A stretch of 38,049 bases of DNA, taken from a virus. The first letter of the stretch is position 1; every line of letters starts with the position of its first letter. A program made the position numbers and the translations under genes. The notes under the pieces were generated by a model, which saw nothing but the letters and a program-made list of their open reading frames with translations, searched no databases and was not told the DNA's origin. The DNA is taken from IMG/VR virus record IMGVR_UViG_3300020201_000010; one strand, given 5' to 3'. Below, piece by piece: positions 18,187-28,591 of this stretch.

Positions 18187-20282
18187 TGAGTTCAACAGGC
18201 GGAGTAACCGGATTATTATTAAGAGGAACCATCACAGGGTATAATGGTGACGGTACAGTTTCTTTTTCTCTTGAAGATGGTAAAGAGTTTAATAATATAA
18301 AATCGGCGCCATTACCAATATCTTATGGTGATTCTGGTGGAGGATTCGTAGGGTCTATACCACCAAGAGGCACTCCTATACTTGTTTCTCAAGGTCAAGG
18401 TGAATGGTTTATATCTGCCTACCTTCCATCTAACAATGTTTTTAAACGTCAAGGGAACATTTTAGGTAGCGGAGGTCTTTTAGGGTCTCTTATGGCAGAT
18501 CTTAAAGATGGAAACATTCTTTTGCAAACAAGACCAAGCGCAAATGGTTATGTTAATAGAATAGTGATAGATCCAAATGATGGTATTAAAGTAGGTTCTG
18601 CAACTCAACATTCTAAATTTTATCCGGAAGCCAATACGGTTCTTACTAAATTTTCTCAGAATCTTAATTTTACGTCAGCTCATAGAGAAATTACCGGAAC
18701 AATACAAAGAGATTTAAAACAAAACTCTTTAAGATCAATTACATTTTCTACACTTACTGATATTGATTATGACAAATCTCTTACAAAAATAGCAATGGAT
18801 CCGTCAACATCTGTCGGTATTAAATCAACATCTACTACAATTCGAAATTTACCCTTAGTAGAATCGAAAACAATTTATTATGAATTCGATTACCTAAATA
18901 AAGAAACAAATTTTACTACCGATGACGACGAAGCTAATCGTTACAGTTCCAAAGATGAAATTCTTTCCGTAAGTGAACTTCAACGAACCGAAATGAGAAC
19001 GGAAGCCTTTGGGTTATCATTAAATTACCCAAATCATTTGATTGAAAACATCATCGGAACAGGTGTTGATATCTATGGTAATGTTCTTGACCTTAATAGA
19101 AACACTCTACCTATTGGTAAGGTACGAGATACTAGTTTTATTACCAACTCTAATTCTAAAGAAGCTTTTATTAAAATTCGCGCCATGTCTAGAAAAGGTT
19201 TGGCTTATCACTGGGAACTTAATGCAAGAAAAGCCAATTTTGATTCTGTAACAGGTATTGAGGCAGCTAGTCAAGTGCCAGATCCTTTTAATATAACAGA
19301 TTTTGCTAGAAGTAAAAGTAAATTATTTTTGGATATTGATAAAGAAGGTCAGTTTAAATTAAATGTCCCAATGTCTAGCGAAACAGGGAATATAGCTCTA
19401 AATTCACGCTATGAAAACTCATCTTCTATCATGTTTGCTCAAGATATTGTTGATGAACCTAATTTGTTTAAAAGGGCACGGAAAAATCGAGATGTTAGAC
19501 TTGCTAACTATGCTTTAAGCCCAGGTATTAAATTAAGCGCTGGATATGAAGGATTACATGGTTATGCTAGCCCAATAGATTATATCACAAATAAGGTTAT
19601 TGGTTTTGGAACGGCCTATCATGATATCGTTAATGGAAGTCTATCAGTATTTAGAGATATGGGTAGAAAAAACCTTATTAATTATTTTGGTGAGAATCAA
19701 ACCTGGTTGAATAGAAGAAATCCCATTACCGGTCATCAACCATATGTTAAGTATATTGAGTCAGTTGTAAGTGACAATATTATAGTTAGCGGTATAGGAT
19801 CTAATGCCGGTGGAAGATCAGCTACAATAAGTCTTGATGGAAGTTTAGTTATGAATGTTGGAGCTAATACTGTGGATAGGCAAAGTATCTGGCTTGATAC
19901 AGCTGGAGGTAACGTTGTCAATTTAGGTAGGGATAGAAATGGGAACAGCTTAGCTCTTACAGCAGATGGTAACTTATTGGTGCAACTAGGTAATGTTGGC
20001 CTGCCAGCAAATTCAGATAGTAGGTTTAAAGATGAACCAGCTGGTTATCAAACAGCTACATTGGATATTAGAGTTCTAAGAAATGATGGGCAGTTGGCTA
20101 TTATAAGGTTTGATGGTAACGGAGCTTATATTTACACACCTGGTAGGATGGAGTTTGGTTCTGAGCAAGATATGATATTTAGAAGTAATGGAAATGTGTA
20201 TTTTGAAGCTAAGAGTGTTGGTTTTTACCCTGATAATGGACAGCTGCGTAAGATTTTGCGCAGTGGGATAGCAGGAATATAA
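18186..20282 (+). CDS. Central spike protein (gpV/gp5-like OB-fold plus beta-helix), 698 aa
   Basis: N-terminal RG.I..Y...G.V...P....GGF...PP.G..ILV OB-fold pattern; C-terminal alternating beta-strand repeats; TAATG coupling to the hub gene. Confidence 0.65.
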   Translation: MSSTGGVTGLLLRGTITGYNGDGTVSFSLEDGKEFNNIKSAPLPISYGDSGGGFVGSIPPRGTPILVSQGQGEWFISAYLPSNNVFKRQGNILGSGGLLGSLMADLKDGNILLQTRPSANGYVNRIVIDPNDGIKVGSATQHSKFYPEANTVLTKFSQNLNFTSAHREITGTIQRDLKQNSLRSITFSTLTDIDYDKSLTKIAMDPSTSVGIKSTSTTIRNLPLVESKTIYYEFDYLNKETNFTTDDDEANRYSSKDEILSVSELQRTEMRTEAFGLSLNYPNHLIENIIGTGVDIYGNVLDLNRNTLPIGKVRDTSFITNSNSKEAFIKIRAMSRKGLAYHWELNARKANFDSVTGIEAASQVPDPFNITDFARSKSKLFLDIDKEGQFKLNVPMSSETGNIALNSRYENSSSIMFAQDIVDEPNLFKRARKNRDVRLANYALSPGIKLSAGYEGLHGYASPIDYITNKVIGFGTAYHDIVNGSLSVFRDMGRKNLINYFGENQTWLNRRNPITGHQPYVKYIESVVSDNIIVSGIGSNAGGRSATISLDGSLVMNVGANTVDRQSIWLDTAGGNVVNLGRDRNGNSLALTADGNLLVQLGNVGLPANSDSRFKDEPAGYQTATLDIRVLRNDGQLAIIRFDGNGAYIYTPGRMEFGSEQDMIFRSNGNVYFEAKSVGFYPDNGQLRKILRSGIAGI

Positions 20283-20284
20283 TT

Positions 20285-21121
20285 ATGTGGAATCATGTAA
20301 ATAAATTAACAGAAAAATGCTGTGAAGTTTGTGGTTCTTTATATGATGGAACTATAAATAGTAAACGCTGTTCAGAATTTTGTAAAAAACAATGGTTGCA
20401 AGATTATTATAAAAATAAAAAACCAAATAATTTAAATAATTTTTCTATACCAAGAGTTTGCATCATTTGTAATAAACAATATTTAATAAATGGCAATAAA
20501 CAAAAAACATGTTCAAATAATTGTTATAACCAAAACGTCAGGGCTGAAGAAAGAAAAAAATATCATAAAAATAGAGAATCTATCACTTCTAAAAAAAGAG
20601 AACAGGAAAAATTAAGAAATATTAAAAAATATCCAAATTTTATTTCACAAATAAGATTACCTTTATTAAAAGATGAAGATAAAGAGTTTTTTAAACCGCT
20701 TGATTTAATATTAACGGATGAATTAAAAACAAAAGAAAAAAACAAACGTAGAAAACACAGAAGAGACAATGATCTTTCTTATAAGTTAAAAAATAATATT
20801 TCAAGATCTATGAGATCTTATTTAATTAATAATAGTAATGGATCGAAATTACATTTTCTAACTTATACAATTAATGATTTAAAAAATCATTTAGAATATC
20901 AATTTGAATCTTGGATGACATGGGATAATTGGGGCATCTATAAAAACGATGGCATACGTAAGTGGCATGTAGATCATATTATACCACAAAGTATTTTTAA
21001 TTTTATTAACGATGATAACTCAATGAATTTAAGAGAAATTGAAGCATGCTGGGCATTAAATAATTTAAGACCATTATGTGCGCTTGAAAATATTAAAAAA
21101 GGTAATAAAAATGCCATGTAA
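20285..21121 (+). CDS. HNH(N)-family endonuclease, paralog 4 (278 aa), with two CxxC...CSxxC zinc-finger repeats
   Basis: CEVC...CSEFC and CIIC...CSNNC; HLEYQFESWMTWDNWG...WHVDHIIP...CWALNNLRPL...EN.KKGN. Confidence 0.85.
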   Translation: MWNHVNKLTEKCCEVCGSLYDGTINSKRCSEFCKKQWLQDYYKNKKPNNLNNFSIPRVCIICNKQYLINGNKQKTCSNNCYNQNVRAEERKKYHKNRESITSKKREQEKLRNIKKYPNFISQIRLPLLKDEDKEFFKPLDLILTDELKTKEKNKRRKHRRDNDLSYKLKNNISRSMRSYLINNSNGSKLHFLTYTINDLKNHLEYQFESWMTWDNWGIYKNDGIRKWHVDHIIPQSIFNFINDDNSMNLREIEACWALNNLRPLCALENIKKGNKNAM

Positions 21122-23165
21122 TGTAAACTCACTTAATATAACAATAGTTTCACCACCTAGTATAATTCTACCAGGATTTTCTCTACCTAGTCTATCACCT
21201 ATACAGCCAAATCTCAACATTGATTTTCCTGAGATTCCACTAGATGTACTAAGTTTAATCCAAACTCTTATTCAAAAACTTCCATTTGGGATGAAACTTA
21301 ATCCAATTGTGCCAACAGAACTCATGAATGATATCATGAATTTTATATCAAGTGTTCTAAGTCAGCTTAGCCCATTCCTTTCTCTTTATTCATTTATTCA
21401 GGCATTGTTAAATCTAGTGATGTGTATTATTGACATAATTTGCGCACTTTTTTCCCCATGGGATCTTATTCCTGCCGTCATAAAATTATTCACACAATGT
21501 CTGCCGCCATTTCTTGATCTTTTCCCATGGATCGCATTATTAGTTATGATTGTAACATTTTTATTATTAATAATTGCTTTAATTATTTATATTATCACGG
21601 CTATAATTAAAATTATAGAAGATCTTATTGCAAATATAGTATCTTTAGTTAATGGTCTTCAATTGCAAGATGAGGATGCAATTATTGCAACGATTACAAA
21701 AATTGCAGCTCTTTTATGTAATCTTGAAAACATATTAGGAATTTTAGTAGCAATTGCATCAGTGATAGCAATTATTGAAGCTTTAGCTAAGCTGGCAGGT
21801 CGACTAATCTGTAGTGGTGGAGATTCTGACTCATGTCCTCCATTTGTCGTTGCTTCTCCAGATGGTATAATAACAACTTCCGGAACACTTCTTTATTACA
21901 AACAAATTAATTATGATTTAAGAAATTTTTCCGGTTTTCCAGCGGCCTCTCTTCCAGCACAGAGAGTGGAGTCATGGCAGATTTTTGATGAGGCTGTTAA
22001 TCCTATTTCAAGCATAGATGAAATTATAGCACCAAACAGCCGAGGAACAAACTTTTGGCCAATTGAAGCTACCTATGACGGATATTCCAATCCACAAATG
22101 GTACCTTACACGGTCGAATTGACATTAGAAAATTTTGATCCCGAACCATTTCATTCAGGAGATCTTGGTGGGGCTAGAAAATTCATAATTAAAGAAGCTG
22201 TAATTCGTCAGGAGCCAACACCATATCCAATAGGCTTTAATAATCAGCCAAATCCATCTTTAAATGTACAGGGGACGGCATCATTAATTGGTGGTTTAGT
22301 ATATGAAGCAAATGGAATAACACCTTATAAAGTTAATGGTGTAAATGCAACATTAGGTACGTTTATACATTATGATGCTAGCATATTTTTTCCAGCTTTC
22401 GATGATGGTTATATTATACCAAATATTGGATTTACTTTATCATATACATATCCTGTTTTATTACAAAATAATTTGATAACTGTTGGTTGTATCCCTGAAA
22501 TTAGCGCAGAGATAGCGGCACAAAATGCAAGATTAAATACTGAAGGTATACAATCTGTTTTTGATAAGATGGGCCCGTTACCAAACCCAACAGCGGCATA
22601 TGAATGTTCTATACAAGCTTTACAAAGGTTACGTTCTGATTTAAATGGAGATACCGCGTTAATATTTCAAGATGAGATAACATTATGTTTATTAAACTTT
22701 AAGAAAGAAGTTTTAGGGTCTTATTTAAATGCGTTAGTTGCAGCTGCGAGCGTGTTTAAATCAACAGTAACTATTGATCCTGATGTTCAGTTTATAACCA
22801 GACCAATAAAAACAACTGTAATATTAAAAGACCCAACAGGCTCAATCTTATCAACAAGCATTCCTGAAGAAGTCAGTGGTGTGATGGACGGATATTTATC
22901 TGGAAATGTAACGCTAGGTAACATTACTGGTTTTGTGTATGATGGATATGAAAGTTTCTTAGCTGATATAACTTCTGATGTAGCTGGAGATGGATATTTA
23001 AGTGTTCAGTATAACGGGCAATATTTTCAAGATATTATAATTGCTGAAGGTCAAACGACTAAATTTGCGATAAGACAAATACCATATACATTTGTTGATG
23101 CAATTAGTTCTGAGACATTACCAAGAAGAGATGCTGGTGACGTAAGTAGAAATGGTGGTAATTAA
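21111..23165 (+). CDS. Spike-adjacent virion protein with long hydrophobic/amphipathic helices (684 aa)
   Basis: Likely start ATG 21111 (MPCNVN); 27-residue uncharged stretch WIALLVMIVTFLLLIIALIIYIITAII plus flanking amphipathic helices; beta-rich C-terminus; five DGY motifs. Confidence 0.7.
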   Translation: MPCNVNSLNITIVSPPSIILPGFSLPSLSPIQPNLNIDFPEIPLDVLSLIQTLIQKLPFGMKLNPIVPTELMNDIMNFISSVLSQLSPFLSLYSFIQALLNLVMCIIDIICALFSPWDLIPAVIKLFTQCLPPFLDLFPWIALLVMIVTFLLLIIALIIYIITAIIKIIEDLIANIVSLVNGLQLQDEDAIIATITKIAALLCNLENILGILVAIASVIAIIEALAKLAGRLICSGGDSDSCPPFVVASPDGIITTSGTLLYYKQINYDLRNFSGFPAASLPAQRVESWQIFDEAVNPISSIDEIIAPNSRGTNFWPIEATYDGYSNPQMVPYTVELTLENFDPEPFHSGDLGGARKFIIKEAVIRQEPTPYPIGFNNQPNPSLNVQGTASLIGGLVYEANGITPYKVNGVNATLGTFIHYDASIFFPAFDDGYIIPNIGFTLSYTYPVLLQNNLITVGCIPEISAEIAAQNARLNTEGIQSVFDKMGPLPNPTAAYECSIQALQRLRSDLNGDTALIFQDEITLCLLNFKKEVLGSYLNALVAAASVFKSTVTIDPDVQFITRPIKTTVILKDPTGSILSTSIPEEVSGVMDGYLSGNVTLGNITGFVYDGYESFLADITSDVAGDGYLSVQYNGQYFQDIIIAEGQTTKFAIRQIPYTFVDAISSETLPRRDAGDVSRNGGN

Positions 23166-24850
23166 TGAGTGAAGAGGTAAGATTTGTAGAAGAAACAGGA
23201 ACCGAAGATATTGGTTCTATAAGAAGCGTGCGAGATTTGATGCGAGAATACGTATATCCTATTGATAGTTTTAGAAGTTTAATGAAACCATCATCAATTG
23301 AGCAATTTTCAAAAGTGCAGACTGACAATTGTGGTGCAAATATGGTATTAGTAAGCTCAGTAAACGATATTAATAATGCTGAGTTTAATACCTCACGTCC
23401 ACTAGAGAGCAGAGCTAGTGCTTTTTATAGAATGCTTGGTTTACCAGTAGTTAGCCCTAAAGGTTCTATTTATAGTCCTGGATTCGATCCTAATGCACCA
23501 TCATATAATTCCCCATCTGTTGATAGAAGGAATAATATTGTTAAAGAGATATTTGAGGATCAAAAAATAGCTGACCTAATAAAAAATAGGGATCAAGATG
23601 TGGAAGATAGACGATCAATTTTTGCCAATCAAGATTCAAACTCTTCATATTATGCATTGGCGATTAGGTTTTTTAAGAGCTTTAATTTATTAACTAGTGA
23701 TGATCCTTTTAATGCAGACACTCAAATAAGTCCTGTAATTAATGATAGAAATATTATATTGCAAAAATATACTGGAAATAAAAGTAGGTTGCAAGCCCCG
23801 CGTCACATTTTAAAACCATTTATTACAAATCCAAAAATGGAATCTGTTGTGAATCCACAGGAGAGGGTGATTTGCGCACCCTTTTTGAAAAGCAAAGAGG
23901 ATACTTTATTATCTGTTAATAATTCAATTAAAAGACCAGGTATAGAGTTTATAATTAGAATAAGATTAGCACAAAATGATACGGATAAAGTATTTTTAGA
24001 TGAGTCAACAAGGTTGTTGACTGGTAAGATGCCAAATAATGAATTAAGTTCGAATGAGACGCAAAATGTTTTAATAGCATTGAGTGGTAATTTATCAGCC
24101 ATTAATAAAAACAAAGATATTCTTAATTCTATTAAGGATTTTAGTAAGACGGAAACCAACACTTTAGTTATGTTAAATAAAAGTATAAGGAGTGCGCTAG
24201 AGGAAATGTACAAGCAGATACAACAATATGATGCAATTGTTAAAGATGTTAATTTTACACCAGTGCCAGAAGCAGACGGGCCAGAGTTTGGTGGCAAGGT
24301 AACAACGCTAGGATCTGATACAACTGCCTCAAGTTTTGAACAAAGAATAGCTGCATTAAAAATAAAAGACTTAAACGCTCAACGTCAAGAAAGAGCTTTA
24401 TCCGAAAGAATAGGTGGGAAAGATGTATACGCATCTACACCGATGGCCAATTTACAGGTTAATTTTCAATCACAGATATCAAAAATTGAAAAAGAAAGAG
24501 ATGAAATAGCTGAAACTATTTTAAATAGTCTTGCTATTATAGAAATGGTTGTTGGTGAGGTTAGCGGTTTGGGTTTAGTTGATGTTTTAGTAATATACAC
24601 GGCATTATGGAGCATAAGTAAAGAGGCATTAATTGGTTTATTGGATGATGAATCATATAATAGATTAATTAATTATAATCCTGAAATATCAGAAGAGGCT
24701 AAACAGTTTAGATCAGCAAGTGATTCAAGAGCACTGGATTCATTAAAAGAATTTGAATTAAAAGTATCAAATGTACTTTCATTTGCTGATTACTATTTAA
24801 ATGAATTAAGAAAATCTCCAATTAGCAATCAATCCGGTAATTTCAAATAA
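23165..24850 (+). CDS. Hypothetical helical/coiled-coil protein of the baseplate region (561 aa)
   Basis: TAATG-coupled ORF between the hydrophobic protein and the gp25-like gene; no family recognised. Confidence 0.6.
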   Translation: MSEEVRFVEETGTEDIGSIRSVRDLMREYVYPIDSFRSLMKPSSIEQFSKVQTDNCGANMVLVSSVNDINNAEFNTSRPLESRASAFYRMLGLPVVSPKGSIYSPGFDPNAPSYNSPSVDRRNNIVKEIFEDQKIADLIKNRDQDVEDRRSIFANQDSNSSYYALAIRFFKSFNLLTSDDPFNADTQISPVINDRNIILQKYTGNKSRLQAPRHILKPFITNPKMESVVNPQERVICAPFLKSKEDTLLSVNNSIKRPGIEFIIRIRLAQNDTDKVFLDESTRLLTGKMPNNELSSNETQNVLIALSGNLSAINKNKDILNSIKDFSKTETNTLVMLNKSIRSALEEMYKQIQQYDAIVKDVNFTPVPEADGPEFGGKVTTLGSDTTASSFEQRIAALKIKDLNAQRQERALSERIGGKDVYASTPMANLQVNFQSQISKIEKERDEIAETILNSLAIIEMVVGEVSGLGLVDVLVIYTALWSISKEALIGLLDDESYNRLINYNPEISEEAKQFRSASDSRALDSLKEFELKVSNVLSFADYYLNELRKSPISNQSGNFK

Positions 24851-24856
24851 GGAGTT

Positions 24857-25285
24857 ATGTCATTTGATTTAAAAATACAAAATGGAGACTTAGTATTAAG
24901 CTCTTCTGGTGATTTAGCTATAGTGGAAAATACTGATAAGCTAGTACAGGATGTATTAAAAATTTTAATGACAAAGATTGGTGCTAATACATTTTTTCCT
25001 TGGTATGGCTCACCATTTTCCTCATCATCTATTGGTAACCCAGCTGATGCAAAGTTTTTACAATCAATATCTGATAGTCAAATTCGCTCAGCGTTAGAAA
25101 CATTGCAAAGTTTACAGAGAGAACAATCGTTAAGTCAAGATTTAACTGCTTCAGAGACTTTAGCTGCTGTAAGATCTGTAGCAGTGGTAAGAAACCAGAT
25201 GGATCCAACCAGTTACGTTGTCAAAATATCAATATTAACTAAATCATTAAAAACTATTGACACTTCTTTCAGTGTAGATTTATAA
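24857..25285 (+). CDS. Baseplate gp25/gpW-like sheath initiator (142 aa)
   Basis: AAGGAG RBS; DL.I..GDL......L.Q.V.K.L.T..G...F.P.YGS signature. Confidence 0.85.
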   Translation: MSFDLKIQNGDLVLSSSGDLAIVENTDKLVQDVLKILMTKIGANTFFPWYGSPFSSSSIGNPADAKFLQSISDSQIRSALETLQSLQREQSLSQDLTASETLAAVRSVAVVRNQMDPTSYVVKISILTKSLKTIDTSFSVDL

Positions 25286-25346
25286 AGTACTGAATTTTAA
25301 GATATATATTAAGGAAAGAAAGATATTAAAATTATAAGGGTTAATA

Positions 25347-28300
25347 ATGGCCAGAATTCGCACAGCAAATGAAATAATATTATCTCTATTAGATTATTTC
25401 AGAGTTTCTCAACCTAATCTAGATACTAAGCCAGGATCAGTGGCTCGTGATTTGTTTGTAGATGGATCTTCCACTCAGATGGGAAGATTATATGAGGAAT
25501 TGGCAAGAATTTCTTCGTTACAGTCATTAAGACTTTCAATAGGGTCTGATTTAGATAAATTGGGTGCTAACTTTGGTGCTACGCGCAGACGCGGTTCAAA
25601 ATCATCTGGCCCAGCACTACTCACTTTTACCAATATTGCTGGTGACATAGCTATATCTGCTGGAGATATTGTTACGGCTAAAAATGGTGCAACATTTATT
25701 GTAACAAATGGTATTATAGTAAGTGCTACTTATGTAAATGCTTATAGAGCAATTGCATCACAATATCGTGCCGATTTAGACTTTGTAGGCATTACAGATC
25801 AGTATGCAATTACAGTTCAAACAGAAGCTACAGCATCGGGTTTGCAAGGCAATATTTCAAAATATACATTAAGCTCAACTTCAATTTCAGGCGTTAGTAA
25901 TATAACAAATGCTGTTGCTTTTGGCGGCGGTCAGTTACCAGAAGATGATACTACGTTTCGAAGCAGGGTTTTAGCAGTGTTTTCCGGAGCCAACACCGGA
26001 ACAGCGCTTGGTTATAGAAACGCCGTGTTAGAAGACCCTGCATCCATTGACTCCGTGGTGGTTGAGCCTGGTGATACTTTAATGACCAGAGATGGTACAC
26101 AGGTTTATACAGCTCCAAATGGAGATAAGACTATAGTATCACCTGGAACTGGTGGCAAGGTTGATATTTATGTTTACGGGTCAAGATTACAGCAAGTAAT
26201 TGATAGTTTTATATATATTGATAAAAGCAATACCGGTGATCCAACTAATTCGAAAAACGATTTCGTTTTAGGTCAAATTATAGGTGAAGAATCTTTAACA
26301 TTCGCCCAAAGACGTTTAAAAGACTTAGCAGCTGCAACTTTACCGCAACAACCAATAAATAATATTATTGATGTATCAGGAACATTAAGTGGCGCAAATT
26401 TTGTTCAAAAAAATACAGATAGTTTGGGGAGAATTACTGGAAATTATGAATTGTTAAAAGATACAGGTGAATACGCAGGTTCACCTTGGGGATTTGACAG
26501 ACTTCATTGGATATCAAATAAAATATCAGCGTTTCAAGAAGAAAAAACAAAGGGAACATTTAATGGTCAAGATTCGTTATCCTTTACTGATATTTCAATT
26601 ATTACTGCTATTGAACAAAGAATCTCAGTTACGAATGAAAACAGTAAAGCAAATTCGTTAGACCGATCTATACTACAATTATCTCATTATCCAATAACTG
26701 ATGTAACAAAAGTGTTTAATGTTACTTCTGGTGAAAGATATGTAATTGTGAGTCAAAATGTTGATGGTGGCACAATAAACACAACTGGAAGAATTAAAAT
26801 TTCCGGAGGTAGTTTGCCAGCCAAATCTGATACCTTACAGGTTGATTATACCTGGTTGTTTAAATATGATCCGTATTTTGATTATGATAATTTAAGTAAT
26901 AGTGATAATGAAAGGCCAGCTATTGATAGCGTTGATTGGGGATATTCTAATTTAGTTAAACGCGAACCGGCAACTTTAATAGCAACAGGCTCAACTTTAA
27001 CAGTAACAACTGTTCATGCTATTAGTACGGTAATTAGTGTAAACAAAGTATCTACACATTCAACATCAGTCACATTAACATCTGGCAGATTATCTGTAGT
27101 TCTACCCGTTTTGGTTACAGGAATAATATCTGTTATTAGAACAGCTGATGACGCTGAGTTGTGGAACACATCTAAAAATGATGGAACATTTAGTAATATG
27201 GTTGCATTTTTACCAAGCGATACATTAGCAGAATTTGGTAATGCTGTAATCGTTACATATAATGCAATTGATTTATATAACGCAACTAATGCTCAGGGCA
27301 GTTTTAATGCGGATAAAATTACTATTGTTCCAAGCTCACAAGCCGTTGCAGGAGATATTGTTGAAGCAAATTATATTGCTAATGTTAGCATAATTCTTCC
27401 AATTACTTTGTTACCAGAACTTCCTGCAGTTCGATCTTCTAACAGTTTTGACACAAATACTCAAAACGGTATTGGTACACAACCAAATACGTTTACTTTT
27501 TCTGGATTAAATATTATTGACCAGAATTTAAGACAAGCGCCAACAAGAGCTGGTTTGACTATATCAGGAGCAATTTCTCCAGGTATAATCAACGTTTCTG
27601 GAACAACTATGGTTGGTGTTTTTAATATTGTTTATACTGTCGGTACATCCGGTTTAAAACAAAATCTTACATCGGCAATTAGAAGATCGATGGGACTAAA
27701 TTCATCCGGAATAATACCTGCTAATTTAAAAATAGCACGTCTTGATACGGTGGAAAAAGTAGAAACAAGTTCTAATCTTGATGTTTTAAGCGTTACGCAT
27801 GTTTACGATATTCGTGGTTATCAATTAAATAATAATATTTTTGTAAGAAACGAATCAATAATTAATCCCGAATTATTGGTTACCGAGGTTCAATTACCAG
27901 CAACATCTGATAATGAAAACAACGCTCCTGCAGTTGGTGATAGAATAAGAATTTCTTTTCACTATTCATTAACGAATGACACTGAAAGCGTTTCTTTTAG
28001 CCAAAGCGGAACGTTATATACAAATAAAATATTTGCTTTAATAGATTCTATTGGTATTTCTAGTGGTTTTACATCTGGCTCATCAGCTAGCTCGACGCTA
28101 ACAGTTTTTAATCAAAACCAACCATCAATAGCTTCACGTTATAAAACTATTTATGATTATACTGCTCCAAAATCAAATGAAAGAATTGCTATAAGATATA
28201 ATCAAAACGGATTGATAACAGCATCAACATTATCTGTTGAAACTGTTAGACCAATTAATGCTGATGTTTTAATTAAAGATTCAACAAGAATCGGAGTAGA

Positions 28301-28589
28301 TGTACAACTATATATTGTTGTAACTAATGCTTTTATTAATAATACAGCTACAGTAATTCAAAATGTGAGAGATGTAATTACATCTGCTTTAAATGCAAAT
28401 TCATTAGGTACAGTTATTGATCAATCAGACTTAATCGATGTTGCTTATACTATTGATGGTGTGGATAGAATTAGAATAACTTATTTTAATAAACAAGATG
28501 TAGGTAAAGGGTCAGTTTTAAGTATTCAAGCTCAAAAAAATGAATATCTTTCAGCTAACGAAGTGCTTGTTAACGTAGAGACTAGATAA
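25347..28589 (+). CDS. Baseplate wedge protein gpJ/gp6-like (1080 aa)
   Basis: D..PGSV.RDL; LD.LG.NFG..R; A...G..GN; GG...E.D..FR.R; GT..GY; G.VDIYV; C-terminal G..I..SDLI......GVD. Confidence 0.88.
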   Translation: MARIRTANEIILSLLDYFRVSQPNLDTKPGSVARDLFVDGSSTQMGRLYEELARISSLQSLRLSIGSDLDKLGANFGATRRRGSKSSGPALLTFTNIAGDIAISAGDIVTAKNGATFIVTNGIIVSATYVNAYRAIASQYRADLDFVGITDQYAITVQTEATASGLQGNISKYTLSSTSISGVSNITNAVAFGGGQLPEDDTTFRSRVLAVFSGANTGTALGYRNAVLEDPASIDSVVVEPGDTLMTRDGTQVYTAPNGDKTIVSPGTGGKVDIYVYGSRLQQVIDSFIYIDKSNTGDPTNSKNDFVLGQIIGEESLTFAQRRLKDLAAATLPQQPINNIIDVSGTLSGANFVQKNTDSLGRITGNYELLKDTGEYAGSPWGFDRLHWISNKISAFQEEKTKGTFNGQDSLSFTDISIITAIEQRISVTNENSKANSLDRSILQLSHYPITDVTKVFNVTSGERYVIVSQNVDGGTINTTGRIKISGGSLPAKSDTLQVDYTWLFKYDPYFDYDNLSNSDNERPAIDSVDWGYSNLVKREPATLIATGSTLTVTTVHAISTVISVNKVSTHSTSVTLTSGRLSVVLPVLVTGIISVIRTADDAELWNTSKNDGTFSNMVAFLPSDTLAEFGNAVIVTYNAIDLYNATNAQGSFNADKITIVPSSQAVAGDIVEANYIANVSIILPITLLPELPAVRSSNSFDTNTQNGIGTQPNTFTFSGLNIIDQNLRQAPTRAGLTISGAISPGIINVSGTTMVGVFNIVYTVGTSGLKQNLTSAIRRSMGLNSSGIIPANLKIARLDTVEKVETSSNLDVLSVTHVYDIRGYQLNNNIFVRNESIINPELLVTEVQLPATSDNENNAPAVGDRIRISFHYSLTNDTESVSFSQSGTLYTNKIFALIDSIGISSGFTSGSSASSTLTVFNQNQPSIASRYKTIYDYTAPKSNERIAIRYNQNGLITASTLSVETVRPINADVLIKDSTRIGVDVQLYIVVTNAFINNTATVIQNVRDVITSALNANSLGTVIDQSDLIDVAYTIDGVDRIRITYFNKQDVGKGSVLSIQAQKNEYLSANEVLVNVETR

Positions 28590-28591
28590 AT

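Noticed and set aside
3-21121. HNH genes as group I intron-encoded endonucleases
   Set aside because: The flanking structural genes look complete and unsplit, and there is no non-coding space for an intron core. The 5' context of paralog 1 is outside the window and cannot be judged.
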